In this document: positions 18,667 to 27,539 of the stretch, piece by piece
Layout: each line of letters opens with the position of its first letter
How positions within the stretch are numbered: position 1 is the first letter of the stretch
IMG/VR virus record: IMGVR_UViG_3300031578_009495
Coordinates: 3,128 to 67,127 of that record
Direction: 5' to 3' (one strand)
Source of the DNA: a virus
DNA: 64,000 nt
Program-made: the position numbers and the translations under genes
The notes under the pieces: model-generated
The model's database searches: none
What the model saw: the letters and a program-made list of their open reading frames with translations, nothing else
What the model was told of the DNA's origin: nothing

Positions 18667-19695
18667 GTGTTGTGGATTAACAAAACAGGGATACCTCAAA
18701 TATTCTATGATCCGCATATAGAACCAATAAGCGTGCGTCCAGGCTTTTCAATTAACGATCTCGACGCTGCGGGGGGAAGGCCAAAAGGCTTCTCCCCGCT
18801 AATGTCAATTTATGAGATATTAGACCAGAAACCTAACGCCAGCATTTGTTTGGCAAGGGTATCAAGTATCGGGGATATTCTTTTATTATTCCCGCTATTC
18901 TTTCGCATAAGGGAGCTTTATCCTGAGTGCCACTTAATGTTTGCATCAGTAAAAAGATATCTTGAATTTATTAAGTATATAGATTTCATAGAACCAGTAG
19001 AAGAAAAAAAGCTTAACACAATAAGACCTGATTTTGGATATGATTTCAACATAACGGTAGAGAGAGCAGAGCGCCAGGGCTGGGGGAAGCTCTATCATCG
19101 TTCGGAAATATATGCCAAAATTGTAGGTGTAAGCTTAGAAGAACACTATACTTATACCCTTCCTTATTCTGAGATAGAAAAGATGAAAGTTCTTAATCTA
19201 TTACAGCAAAAAAGTTATATTAGCGGCCCGCCACTTATAGGCTTCCAGCTACGTGGAGCCAGTCCCCAACGAACCATCCCTACTGAAAAACTAAAAAGAG
19301 TTATAAATAGACTTACAGGCATAGGTGCAGCCGTGGTACTGCTCGACGGTGATAAAAACATTGGCTGGGGAGGGCCGAACATTATCAATATGTGCGGCGA
19401 GCTTAATGTTCTTGAACTTGTTGCAATGGTAGATATGTGCGATCTTGTTGTAAGTACAGATAGCGGAGTTACTCATATCGCAGGCGCTATAAATAAAAAG
19501 AATATTGCTTTTTTTGGTGGTATTCCTGCTGAGAATAGGGTAAGATATCCTGAATGTATTGTTGTAGATTTGGCTGGAGAATTTGGATGCTCTCCATGCT
19601 GGGAAAGTGGAGAAAAATGTGTACAAGGTTGGGATTGTCTGGTAAGGGCTAATGAAGATTTAATGTACAATAGAATAGTAGACGGATTAACTTGA
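18667..19695 (+). CDS. glycosyltransferase family 9 (heptosyltransferase-like)
   Basis: ARVSSIGDILL, VVSTDSGVTHIAGA, IAFFGG, CSPC; GTG/TTG start uncertain. Confidence 0.85.
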   Translation: MLWINKTGIPQIFYDPHIEPISVRPGFSINDLDAAGGRPKGFSPLMSIYEILDQKPNASICLARVSSIGDILLLFPLFFRIRELYPECHLMFASVKRYLEFIKYIDFIEPVEEKKLNTIRPDFGYDFNITVERAERQGWGKLYHRSEIYAKIVGVSLEEHYTYTLPYSEIEKMKVLNLLQQKSYISGPPLIGFQLRGASPQRTIPTEKLKRVINRLTGIGAAVVLLDGDKNIGWGGPNIINMCGELNVLELVAMVDMCDLVVSTDSGVTHIAGAINKKNIAFFGGIPAENRVRYPECIVVDLAGEFGCSPCWESGEKCVQGWDCLVRANEDLMYNRIVDGLT

Positions 19696-19714
19696 ACGGA
19701 AAAGGAGATGTAGA

Positions 19715-19978
19715 ATGGCAGTAGAAGCAAACATTAAAGAAACGGAAGACAAGATGCCAGAGTTGATATTCAGAAACAGAACAAAGATAGACCAGGTTGT
19801 TTACGATAAGAGCAATTCGGCTATTACTATTCATTCTGGGGATACGATTACAGGGAATTGGTTTGAAAGGTATGCAAGTAAGAACGGGCCTCTTGTATTA
19901 ACGAACAAAAAAGAAATAGAGGACAGGGAAAAAGACAGCAAGTCCAAAAAGTCAACCGGCAAGAAGCTCATCAGATAA
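19715..19978 (+). CDS. hypothetical virion-module protein
   Basis: SD AAGGAG; 87 aa. Confidence 0.55.
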   Translation: MAVEANIKETEDKMPELIFRNRTKIDQVVYDKSNSAITIHSGDTITGNWFERYASKNGPLVLTNKKEIEDREKDSKSKKSTGKKLIR

Positions 19979-20012
19979 TTTAGCCCTGTTTAAAAGAAAG
20001 GCCTGAAAGATC

Positions 20013-20726
20013 ATGACAAAAACAAAGCAAGAATTAATAGACAAGGCAAGAAGCAACCTTGGTAGCCCGTCAATAACCGAATTAACTGATACACAGATTG
20101 GTGATTCGGTAGATTCGGCGGTAAACGAATACTCAAAGTATAAACCGAAAAAGGTTTATACTGAATTTGAGACCGAGGCCGATATTGCTACGGTAGATAT
20201 AACAACAGTAATTACAGGATCCGCTGTTCTCGGAATAGTTGACTGTTATTATGACCCTACGGGCATGTTTTTTGACTCAGACCTATACTACACCCTTCCT
20301 GAAACCTCAATAGTTGCCCTAAGCGGCCTATCCTTGTTTAACAACCCGTCTTTAGTCGTTCAATTCCAACAAAAACTGGAAGCGTTCAAAGCTCATTTTG
20401 GAGGGGATTGGGATTTTTATGATGATACGCTACGTCTTTTCCCTCCGCCATCGACAACCGGAATAAAGATTGGTATTATAGCTAATTGTGTAAGAACCTT
20501 GGCAGAGGTACCGGACACAGACGAGGATACGCTATTGCTTTGGGTAGAGGCCAAGGCCGGAAAGATATTTGCGACCAAAAGAGCACAGATAGCAAGTTTT
20601 ACAATGGAAGGCGCAAGTGTAAAGTTCGATACAGGAGCGGCAACAATGATCAAAATGGCAGAAAGCAAAGAAAAAGATTTCAAAAAAGAACTCGGTAGTC
20701 ATTTAGGCATTTTTTACAACGGCTGA
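20013..20726 (+). CDS. neck / head-tail adaptor protein candidate
   Basis: position after capsid; ARSNLGSPSITELTDTQIGDSVDSAVNEY resembles T4 gp13-like neck N-termini. Confidence 0.55.
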   Translation: MTKTKQELIDKARSNLGSPSITELTDTQIGDSVDSAVNEYSKYKPKKVYTEFETEADIATVDITTVITGSAVLGIVDCYYDPTGMFFDSDLYYTLPETSIVALSGLSLFNNPSLVVQFQQKLEAFKAHFGGDWDFYDDTLRLFPPPSTTGIKIGIIANCVRTLAEVPDTDEDTLLLWVEAKAGKIFATKRAQIASFTMEGASVKFDTGAATMIKMAESKEKDFKKELGSHLGIFYNG

Positions 20727-20731
20727 TTATT

Positions 20732-21121
20732 ATGGAACTATTTTCAACAGATAGAGAACTGGTAACTGCTGCAATAAAAAGCGGGTGGCAGGCTATCAGG
20801 GTGCTTCAGAACGAGCCGACCATAGACATACTTAGATATGCTATAACAGGTTCGGATGATGCCCTGGTTGAGGAAGGGACTGAAACGCTTGTTGCCGGAC
20901 TGACTTCCATAGATGCAGCTTTATTCCCATTGAAAAGAAGACGAAAATCAGTAGGTGGATTAATAGAATATTCCGAATCGGACACGGTTTTTATCATTTA
21001 CGATGTTGAGGCTTTATTGACAGATAAGATTCTTTATCAGGAAAAAGAATACGAAGTATTAAAAACAGACTATATTTCACATAGCGGACGGTGCCGGATA
21101 GAAGCAAGTAAGGTTGCTTAA
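20732..21121 (+). CDS. head closure/stopper candidate
   Basis: position; TDKILYQEKEYEV beta-barrel-like C-terminus. Confidence 0.5.
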   Translation: MELFSTDRELVTAAIKSGWQAIRVLQNEPTIDILRYAITGSDDALVEEGTETLVAGLTSIDAALFPLKRRRKSVGGLIEYSESDTVFIIYDVEALLTDKILYQEKEYEVLKTDYISHSGRCRIEASKVA

Positions 21122-21124
21122 TGG

Positions 21125-21170
21125 TGCATTATTTTCTTGACAAATTCTATTCCAACTGTTATATATAATT
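21125..21170 (+). promoter_or_regulatory. internal promoter of an inserted (moron-like) block
   Basis: TGCATTATTTTCTTGACAAAT shared with 1144 and 56908; TTGACA-17-TATATA with extended TG. Confidence 0.6.
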
Positions 21171-21215
21171 AATAGGTTTAATTAATATAAATCATTTGGA
21201 ATAGGAGGCAACTAA

Positions 21216-21461
21216 ATGGAAAAAGATGAAAGGATAGAAAGTGAGCAAAGCCAGGCAATTAAAAAAGTTAAACAGATCATGGAAGAGTTTAAAGCAAAAG
21301 GAGGAGGACCTAAAGCAGAAGTTTTTGGGATAGCAGCATATTGCTTTTCGATTCTAAATCCTATTACAAATGAAACGGAAGAAGAAAGACGTGAATATAT
21401 TGCCAAAATTCTGCTTGATCAAAAAAGACAGCGGTATCTTGCAGGCATTGATGAAAAATAG
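21216..21461 (+). CDS. hypothetical protein (moron)
   Basis: SD AGGAGG. Confidence 0.6.
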   Translation: MEKDERIESEQSQAIKKVKQIMEEFKAKGGGPKAEVFGIAAYCFSILNPITNETEEERREYIAKILLDQKRQRYLAGIDEK

Positions 21462-21479
21462 TACAGTTAAGGTTTAAGA

Positions 21480-21668
21480 ATGGGGGCCTATTATCCGCCA
21501 ACAAACGGGAACGATTTTATAGTTTCTTTTATTACTCCATGGGGAACAGTTGAGCGTGAACCGAGATCTGTTGATAGCGTTGATGTCATTGATGTAACAT
21601 GGGATGAATACGAAAGAATAAAAACAGCTCAGGATATTGTTGCAGATGACGGATGCCCGTATAGATAA
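21480..21668 (+). CDS. hypothetical protein (moron)
   Basis: 62-aa acidic ORF. Confidence 0.4.
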   Translation: MGAYYPPTNGNDFIVSFITPWGTVEREPRSVDSVDVIDVTWDEYERIKTAQDIVADDGCPYR

Positions 21669-21725
21669 ATATCTGTATCCACAACACACAAAATTGTTAA
21701 TGTATAATAAATAGATGGTTAAAAT

Positions 21726-22304
21726 ATGCGTGAAAGAGATTTTAAAAAACTTACATATTGGATAGATTACGATAAGCCATTGCTATCAGAGCTTACTAAA
21801 AACCAGAAAGTTGTTTATTTTGAGAAAAGATTAAAAATGGTTGTTTTGATACCTGTCCATGAACTGCATGTAAGTTTTATAAAAAGAAAGAAGCATAGCT
21901 CTACGCTATTATGTTTTGCCACTTGTATTTGCTGTGCAATTGGAACTCTTGGCAGATTTCTTTCAGGAACGATATATCAAGACAATTCGGATATTAATTT
22001 TCTTGCTTTTATTAAAGCATATATGTCTTTTGAATATGGTGAATTACTTTGGGAGAATTTTAGAAATGGACTTATATATGGGTTCACTATAAAACAAGGT
22101 GGATTTCAGAACGGTTCAAATTATTTTAATGTCAAATCAACGGATGAAATAAATAATTTGGAAATAGACCCAACACATTTCTATCAAGATTTTGTTGATG
22201 GTACTTCTAAATATATACTTGATCTCAAAAAAGCAGATATAAACGATGAGATATATCTTAAATTCAATAATGTTTTTGATGCTATTTTTATAAATGGTTT
22301 ATAA
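21726..22304 (+). CDS. HEPN-like helical protein with degenerate RxxxxH motif
   Basis: helical core and LLWENFRNGLIYGF, with Tyr at the usual His position; very AT-rich. Confidence 0.4.
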   Translation: MRERDFKKLTYWIDYDKPLLSELTKNQKVVYFEKRLKMVVLIPVHELHVSFIKRKKHSSTLLCFATCICCAIGTLGRFLSGTIYQDNSDINFLAFIKAYMSFEYGELLWENFRNGLIYGFTIKQGGFQNGSNYFNVKSTDEINNLEIDPTHFYQDFVDGTSKYILDLKKADINDEIYLKFNNVFDAIFINGL

Positions 22305-22306
22305 TC

Positions 22307-22780
22307 ATGCAAATATCAATACAAACAGACTTGAGACAGTTAATAGCAGATGGTAGAAGATCGGAACGAGCCTTGCAATATACATTCGGCAAGCTTGTCG
22401 ATCTTGCTACATGGACATTCGACAGATTGATTGATTTGACTCCAAAAAGTGGGAGATCAAGAGAAGGCGAAAGAGTAGCTGATTCGTGGGAACTAAAATA
22501 TCAAGGTTATGTTTTATGGAGAGAACTGGCATGGAGTGTTGAAAGCGATAATATAATTATCGACTGGTTAGAATTTGGCACAAGAGACCATTGGATAGCC
22601 CCAAGATCACCAGGTGGTACTTTGCATTGGATTGATCCAGCTACTGGAGAGGATCGTTTCAGCAAAGGACATATGGTTTCCGGAATAAGACCAGTGGGCA
22701 TGATTAGGCAGACAGAAGCAGAGCTTGGCGCAAGGCTTCGTAGGATACGAATGACAGCAGAAGCGAGAGTATCGAATTGA
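22307..22780 (+). CDS. HK97 gp10-like tail completion/neck protein
   Basis: WLEFGTRDHWIAPR..GTLHW...HMVSGIRP motif. Confidence 0.65.
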   Translation: MQISIQTDLRQLIADGRRSERALQYTFGKLVDLATWTFDRLIDLTPKSGRSREGERVADSWELKYQGYVLWRELAWSVESDNIIIDWLEFGTRDHWIAPRSPGGTLHWIDPATGEDRFSKGHMVSGIRPVGMIRQTEAELGARLRRIRMTAEARVSN

Positions 22781-22787
22781 GGGAAGC

Positions 22788-23240
22788 ATGGCTTTAGGAG
22801 CATCAGACTTACCATTCAATCTTGAACGGTCTATAAACAAATATCTCTACGAGAATGTAGGCCCAACGCACAAGGTTTATTTCTCGGGTAGGGCACCGGA
22901 AGATCCAACAGTAGATCAATGGATTGAGTTAAACTGGATTTCGGATGGAAAAGGGTGGGGGGAGCCAACCATACTGCAACTTGATTGCAGATCAAAGATA
23001 GCTTCCGATAATATGAGACGTAAACTGAAAGAGATGAGAGATTTTCTTTTAGATAAAATGAATGTAAATGAAATTGTGCTTTATGATTATGCAGATCCAC
23101 AGGCTCCTGTAGCATCAGTAATCCCAATATGTCCGAGATATCAGGGTGGGAAGTGGGGGCCGAATGAGCGAAAGAATAGCATAGCTGTGTATTTTATGAC
23201 GTATCATATTTACGTTTGGAGGCCGCAAATCCTTCCCTAA
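22788..23240 (+). CDS. tail terminator candidate
   Basis: position and size (150 aa). Confidence 0.45.
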   Translation: MALGASDLPFNLERSINKYLYENVGPTHKVYFSGRAPEDPTVDQWIELNWISDGKGWGEPTILQLDCRSKIASDNMRRKLKEMRDFLLDKMNVNEIVLYDYADPQAPVASVIPICPRYQGGKWGPNERKNSIAVYFMTYHIYVWRPQILP

Positions 23241-23256
23241 TTGTAAAAGGTAAGAA

Positions 23257-24120
23257 ATGATACCAGACATAACATACCTGATATTAAATTATAATCCTTA
23301 TGGGGATAGCCAGGCAGAAGGAATTCTTAAACAGACAATAGATTCTTTTTATGCCAGAAAGAGCAAGAGCCTTTCAGCGGATGTATATCTTTTAGATCAA
23401 GGGACTACGGATACGCACAGAAGTTTCATTATAGAACAACAAAAATATAAACTTAATCTGATCCTTTTCCGGAAAAACATTGGTATAGCTGGAGCCATAA
23501 ATTTTATAGTATCTTCAAGTAAATCGCCAGTAATAGGGTTAATAACCTCCGATATCATCTTCACCACAGGAATTGATGAAGACCTATACAACAAAGTACA
23601 AATCCCAGAGGTCTATCAAGCGGTCCCACTTACTGACAAAAGTGATCTTATTTATCAGACCATGCTTCCGGAAGAGGAATACGGAAGTGATAATGTAAAA
23701 ACTCCAGGGAAACCAGGAGAGTATATCAGATGTATAGGATCAGAACTTAATGTTATGTTCTGGAGAAAAAGCATATTTGATCGAGTGGGTTTTTATGATG
23801 AACGATGGAAGGCCGGATATGAAAACATAGATTTTTCTATGCGCTGTTTTTTAGATGGCGGATGTACTGCTGTAAGCAAGAATTCTTTTGTATGGCACTT
23901 CCATAAAATGACACATAAAAACAAAGCTAATGAAAGAAGTTATGAGGGCTACACCGAGGTAAAAGATTGGCAGGCTTATGCAAGGCGATTGTGGGATGAT
24001 AAATGGCCTATGCTAAATAAGTTTATAGATATATATAAACTGCTGGAAGAAAAAGATATAGGGGACTTTCCGGACCTATACGAAACGTTTCACGAAAACA
24101 TTTTTTTGCCATATGCCTAA
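23257..24120 (+). CDS. glycosyltransferase family 2
   Basis: LLDQGTTD, NIGIAGAIN, FYDERWKAGYENIDFSMR. Confidence 0.8.
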   Translation: MIPDITYLILNYNPYGDSQAEGILKQTIDSFYARKSKSLSADVYLLDQGTTDTHRSFIIEQQKYKLNLILFRKNIGIAGAINFIVSSSKSPVIGLITSDIIFTTGIDEDLYNKVQIPEVYQAVPLTDKSDLIYQTMLPEEEYGSDNVKTPGKPGEYIRCIGSELNVMFWRKSIFDRVGFYDERWKAGYENIDFSMRCFLDGGCTAVSKNSFVWHFHKMTHKNKANERSYEGYTEVKDWQAYARRLWDDKWPMLNKFIDIYKLLEEKDIGDFPDLYETFHENIFLPYA

Positions 24121-24874
24121 AGTATCTGTAATAATTCCAACCTATAATAGGAAGGAATATCTCGAAATTGCGATAAGATCAGCAATAAATCAAACTTATC
24201 GAGATGTTGAAGTTTTAATCTTGGACGACTGCTCTACTGATAATACAACTGAGATTTTTGATGATTATGAATACACAAAATTTGTTAGGTGCATAGTAAA
24301 CCAGGAAAATATCGGATTCATAAGAAATTGGAATAAAGGAGTTGGTCTGTCCAGTGGAGAGTATATTAAGATAATGGGCGATGATGATTTACTTGAAATT
24401 AGTTGCATAGCTAAACAGGTAGCGATTCTTGACAACAATCCAGACGTTGGAATTGTTTGCTGTGATTATTTTATAATTAATGAAGATGGAATGATTGAAA
24501 ACAATAATGATTTGTATAGATTGTTCGATAGAGACACGAAAGAAGATGGAATATCCTTTATGTCTAAATATCTTTTAGGAAGGAGACGGGCAGGGTGGCC
24601 AACATCAATATTATTCAGGAGACAAGATTTTGATAAAGTAGGAGGTTTTGATGTTAATGCAGGAGTGGCCGCGGATATCGACATGTGGTGTAGAATTCTA
24701 AGAGATAGTAAATTCTATTACATAGACAAAAAACTTGCATATAACAGGCAGTTTAAGGGCCTTAACAATCTCTCAAAAAGAATGGATAGAAGCGGTAAGG
24801 AATATTTTCTTACCGAGCTCACCAATTATCTAAAAACAGCGAGGGGATTAAATGGCGGAACGAGCACATCCTGA
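24113..24874 (+). CDS. glycosyltransferase family 2
   Basis: VSVIIPTYNR, ILDDCSTD, MGDDD, GGFD, DIDMWCR. Confidence 0.92.
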   Translation: MPKVSVIIPTYNRKEYLEIAIRSAINQTYRDVEVLILDDCSTDNTTEIFDDYEYTKFVRCIVNQENIGFIRNWNKGVGLSSGEYIKIMGDDDLLEISCIAKQVAILDNNPDVGIVCCDYFIINEDGMIENNNDLYRLFDRDTKEDGISFMSKYLLGRRRAGWPTSILFRRQDFDKVGGFDVNAGVAADIDMWCRILRDSKFYYIDKKLAYNRQFKGLNNLSKRMDRSGKEYFLTELTNYLKTARGLNGGTSTS

Positions 24875-25427
24875 AGGAAAGGGTTTTATGGAAGGTTCAG
24901 TATACAGAGATAACTTCTTTAAGAGATACAACTATGCAGCCGAGTATACTAAAGGTAAGGATATTCTAGACATACCCTGTGGAGTTGGATGGGGGACATC
25001 TATCCTTCCTGCTAAAAGTAAAATAGGTATAGATATTTCACCAGAATCTATACGATATGCGTTGACCCACTATACAGACGCAGTGTTTTTAACTGGACGC
25101 ATGGAGGACATACATTTATCGAGTAATAGTATAGATGTGGTTGTATGTTTAGAAGGATTTGAGCATGTATCCAAAGATGTTGGATTGAGCTTTCTAATGG
25201 AGACAGCCCGAATTTTAAGAGAAGACGGGTTATTGGTATTAAGCTGCCCTGTGGTTCCCCCTGGAGGAAAACATTCAGGAAATCCACACCATGTGTATGA
25301 ACCAACTATTGCAGAAATATTTGAAATACTATATTCCGAATTCAGCCTAATAAAGGCCGAAATTTTTCCAAGCATAGACAATCCAATACTGCATTTTGTA
25401 GGGAAACCTATATGCGACAAAAAATAA
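24852..25427 (+). CDS. class I SAM-dependent methyltransferase
   Basis: RYNYA, ILDIPCGVGWGT, GIDIS, VVCLEGFEHV, NPHHVYE. Confidence 0.9.
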   Translation: MAERAHPEGKGFMEGSVYRDNFFKRYNYAAEYTKGKDILDIPCGVGWGTSILPAKSKIGIDISPESIRYALTHYTDAVFLTGRMEDIHLSSNSIDVVVCLEGFEHVSKDVGLSFLMETARILREDGLLVLSCPVVPPGGKHSGNPHHVYEPTIAEIFEILYSEFSLIKAEIFPSIDNPILHFVGKPICDKK

Positions 25428-25960
25428 AAGATTTAGTATCTATAATAAGCGACACCTTTAAAATAGAAGAGCCTATCTATGAGTTTGGGTCTTTACGGGT
25501 TGCAGGGCAAGAAGATTTTGCGGATCTTCGTCCAATGTTTCATGGAAAAGAATATGTTGGGGCAGATATGCGTAAAGGCGTAGGTGTGGATAGAATACTT
25601 GATCTGCACAAAATAGACCTTCCCAATGAATCTGCCGGCACTGTATTATGCTTGGACACACTTGAACATGTGGAATATCCGCACAAAGCTTTAACAGAAA
25701 TACATCGCATATTAAAGCTAAACGGAGTCGTGGTTATAAGTAGCGTGATGCTTTTCCCCATCCATGATCATCCTTATGATTATTGGAGATTCACGCCAGA
25801 AGCCTTTAAGTCTATACTTAAACCGTTTAGCAGATCGTTCGTTGGGCATGCCGGGAGGGATGATTTTCCTCATACAGTAATAGGGATTGGATTTAAGGGG
25901 AATGCTTTGCCTACATTTAAAGAGAACTTTCATCTGCTTTTTGAAGATTGGAAAAAATGA
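25412..25960 (+). CDS. class I SAM-dependent methyltransferase
   Basis: YEFGS, YVGADM, VLCLDTLEHV, HDHPYDYWRFT. Confidence 0.88.
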   Translation: MRQKIKDLVSIISDTFKIEEPIYEFGSLRVAGQEDFADLRPMFHGKEYVGADMRKGVGVDRILDLHKIDLPNESAGTVLCLDTLEHVEYPHKALTEIHRILKLNGVVVISSVMLFPIHDHPYDYWRFTPEAFKSILKPFSRSFVGHAGRDDFPHTVIGIGFKGNALPTFKENFHLLFEDWKK

Positions 25961-26889
25961 TGATAGAAAAACAAAGACTGTTATTTCTAACAACCGGTTG
26001 CGTGACCTACGATTGTGGCATTAACTTTTCCGCAACCTTTGAGCAGATGTTCTCTGAAGTAATCAACTACAATTATGTCGAAAAGGCAAACAGTATAGGA
26101 AATATAGTAACTAATTCAGAAATAATTGAAATAGTAAAAAAAGAAAAACCGGATTATGTATTTTGGACAACCAACTTGCACCAAATAGAAATAGAAACAC
26201 TGGATAGAATTGCAGAAATGGGAATCAAGGTAATCGCTTGGTTTTCTGATGATCATTGGCGATTTGATAATTATTCAAAACATATGGCGGGGCATGTTTA
26301 TTGCTCTGTAACGACAGACAAGTGTGCAGTTGAAAAATATAAAAGGTCTGGTTTAAGAGTTATAAGATCTCAATGGGCCTCGAATCCTAATTACTATAAA
26401 AAAACAAACCACAGGCTTTTGTATGACGTTAGTTTTGTTGGCGGAAAGTACGGGAATAGACAAGAAAAATTAGACCACTTAAAAAGCAAATGCCAATGCC
26501 ATATAAATATTTTCGGGAAAGGATTTTCGAAGTTTTTAGAATTCGATGAAATGATCGAAGTATTTAATTCCAGCAGAATTAATCTGAATCTTAGTGAAAG
26601 TTCTACTAAGGGTTTCGGCTCACAAATAAAAGGCAGGGTTTTTGAAATTACAATGTGCGGAGGGTTCTTATTAACTGAGCATGCAGATGGAATAGAAGAA
26701 TACTTTGAAATAGGAAAAGAAATAGAATGTTTTGAAAGTTTGCAAGAAGCACTTGTGAAGATTGAATACTATCTTAAATATGAAGACAAACGAAAAGAAA
26801 TAGCAGAGGCAGGGTATGCCCGTGCAATGAAAGAACACACATGGGAAAAAAGATTGAAAAATATATTTTATGAATTGGAGGATGTATGA
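25948..26889 (+). CDS. CgeB-like glycosyltransferase (GT-B)
   Basis: WFSDD, DVSFVG, INLN, KGRVFEITMCGGFLLTE, EHTWEKR. Confidence 0.85.
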   Translation: MEKMMIEKQRLLFLTTGCVTYDCGINFSATFEQMFSEVINYNYVEKANSIGNIVTNSEIIEIVKKEKPDYVFWTTNLHQIEIETLDRIAEMGIKVIAWFSDDHWRFDNYSKHMAGHVYCSVTTDKCAVEKYKRSGLRVIRSQWASNPNYYKKTNHRLLYDVSFVGGKYGNRQEKLDHLKSKCQCHINIFGKGFSKFLEFDEMIEVFNSSRINLNLSESSTKGFGSQIKGRVFEITMCGGFLLTEHADGIEEYFEIGKEIECFESLQEALVKIEYYLKYEDKRKEIAEAGYARAMKEHTWEKRLKNIFYELEDV

Positions 26890-27539
26890 TTATACCTGAT
26901 AGAAAACAGTATGAAATAGCTTTTCATGGAGACGCCTATTTTTTAACTATTTTCGATACTGTTCTTGCAAAAAGTGATGTATTTATTGAAACAGGCACAT
27001 ATCAGGGGCACTCAGCGGAATATGTAGCAAGAACGTTTGGGCATCTCAAAATATTCTCTTGTGAACCCAACTATAAACATTTCGAGATCGCCGAAGAGAG
27101 ACTAAAACCATTCAAGGATAATATTACTTTGAGGAGCGAATTGTCGCCTGGTTTCCTTTACAATATTGTTAAGGCACATCCAGATATTATAAATAAAGAT
27201 GTTGTATTTTGGCTTGATGCACATCCATTTAAGGCCGATCCCTATGAATGGCCATTAAAAGAAGAGATAAACTTTATAACAAAGACTTTCAAAAAGGCGT
27301 ACATTTTTATAGATGATTTCAAGGTACCGGGCCGACCTGACTTTCAGTTTAATTCACATCTTGGACAAGAATATTCCTATGAATTTATTCAGAACGAATT
27401 ATGCAAAGATAAAGCATGCTCAATATATTTCCCTAGCTATAAAGAAAAAACTTCTAAACATCATCCCCTTGTAGGATGGATATTAATTGAATTCGGACAT
27501 CCGAAAATTCAAATACCAGATTTCTGTGAAGGATTGTGA
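26886..27539 (+). CDS. putative SAM-dependent methyltransferase
   Basis: FIETGTYQGHS, FWLDAH, IFIDDF. Confidence 0.65.
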   Translation: MIIPDRKQYEIAFHGDAYFLTIFDTVLAKSDVFIETGTYQGHSAEYVARTFGHLKIFSCEPNYKHFEIAEERLKPFKDNITLRSELSPGFLYNIVKAHPDIINKDVVFWLDAHPFKADPYEWPLKEEINFITKTFKKAYIFIDDFKVPGRPDFQFNSHLGQEYSYEFIQNELCKDKACSIYFPSYKEKTSKHHPLVGWILIEFGHPKIQIPDFCEGL

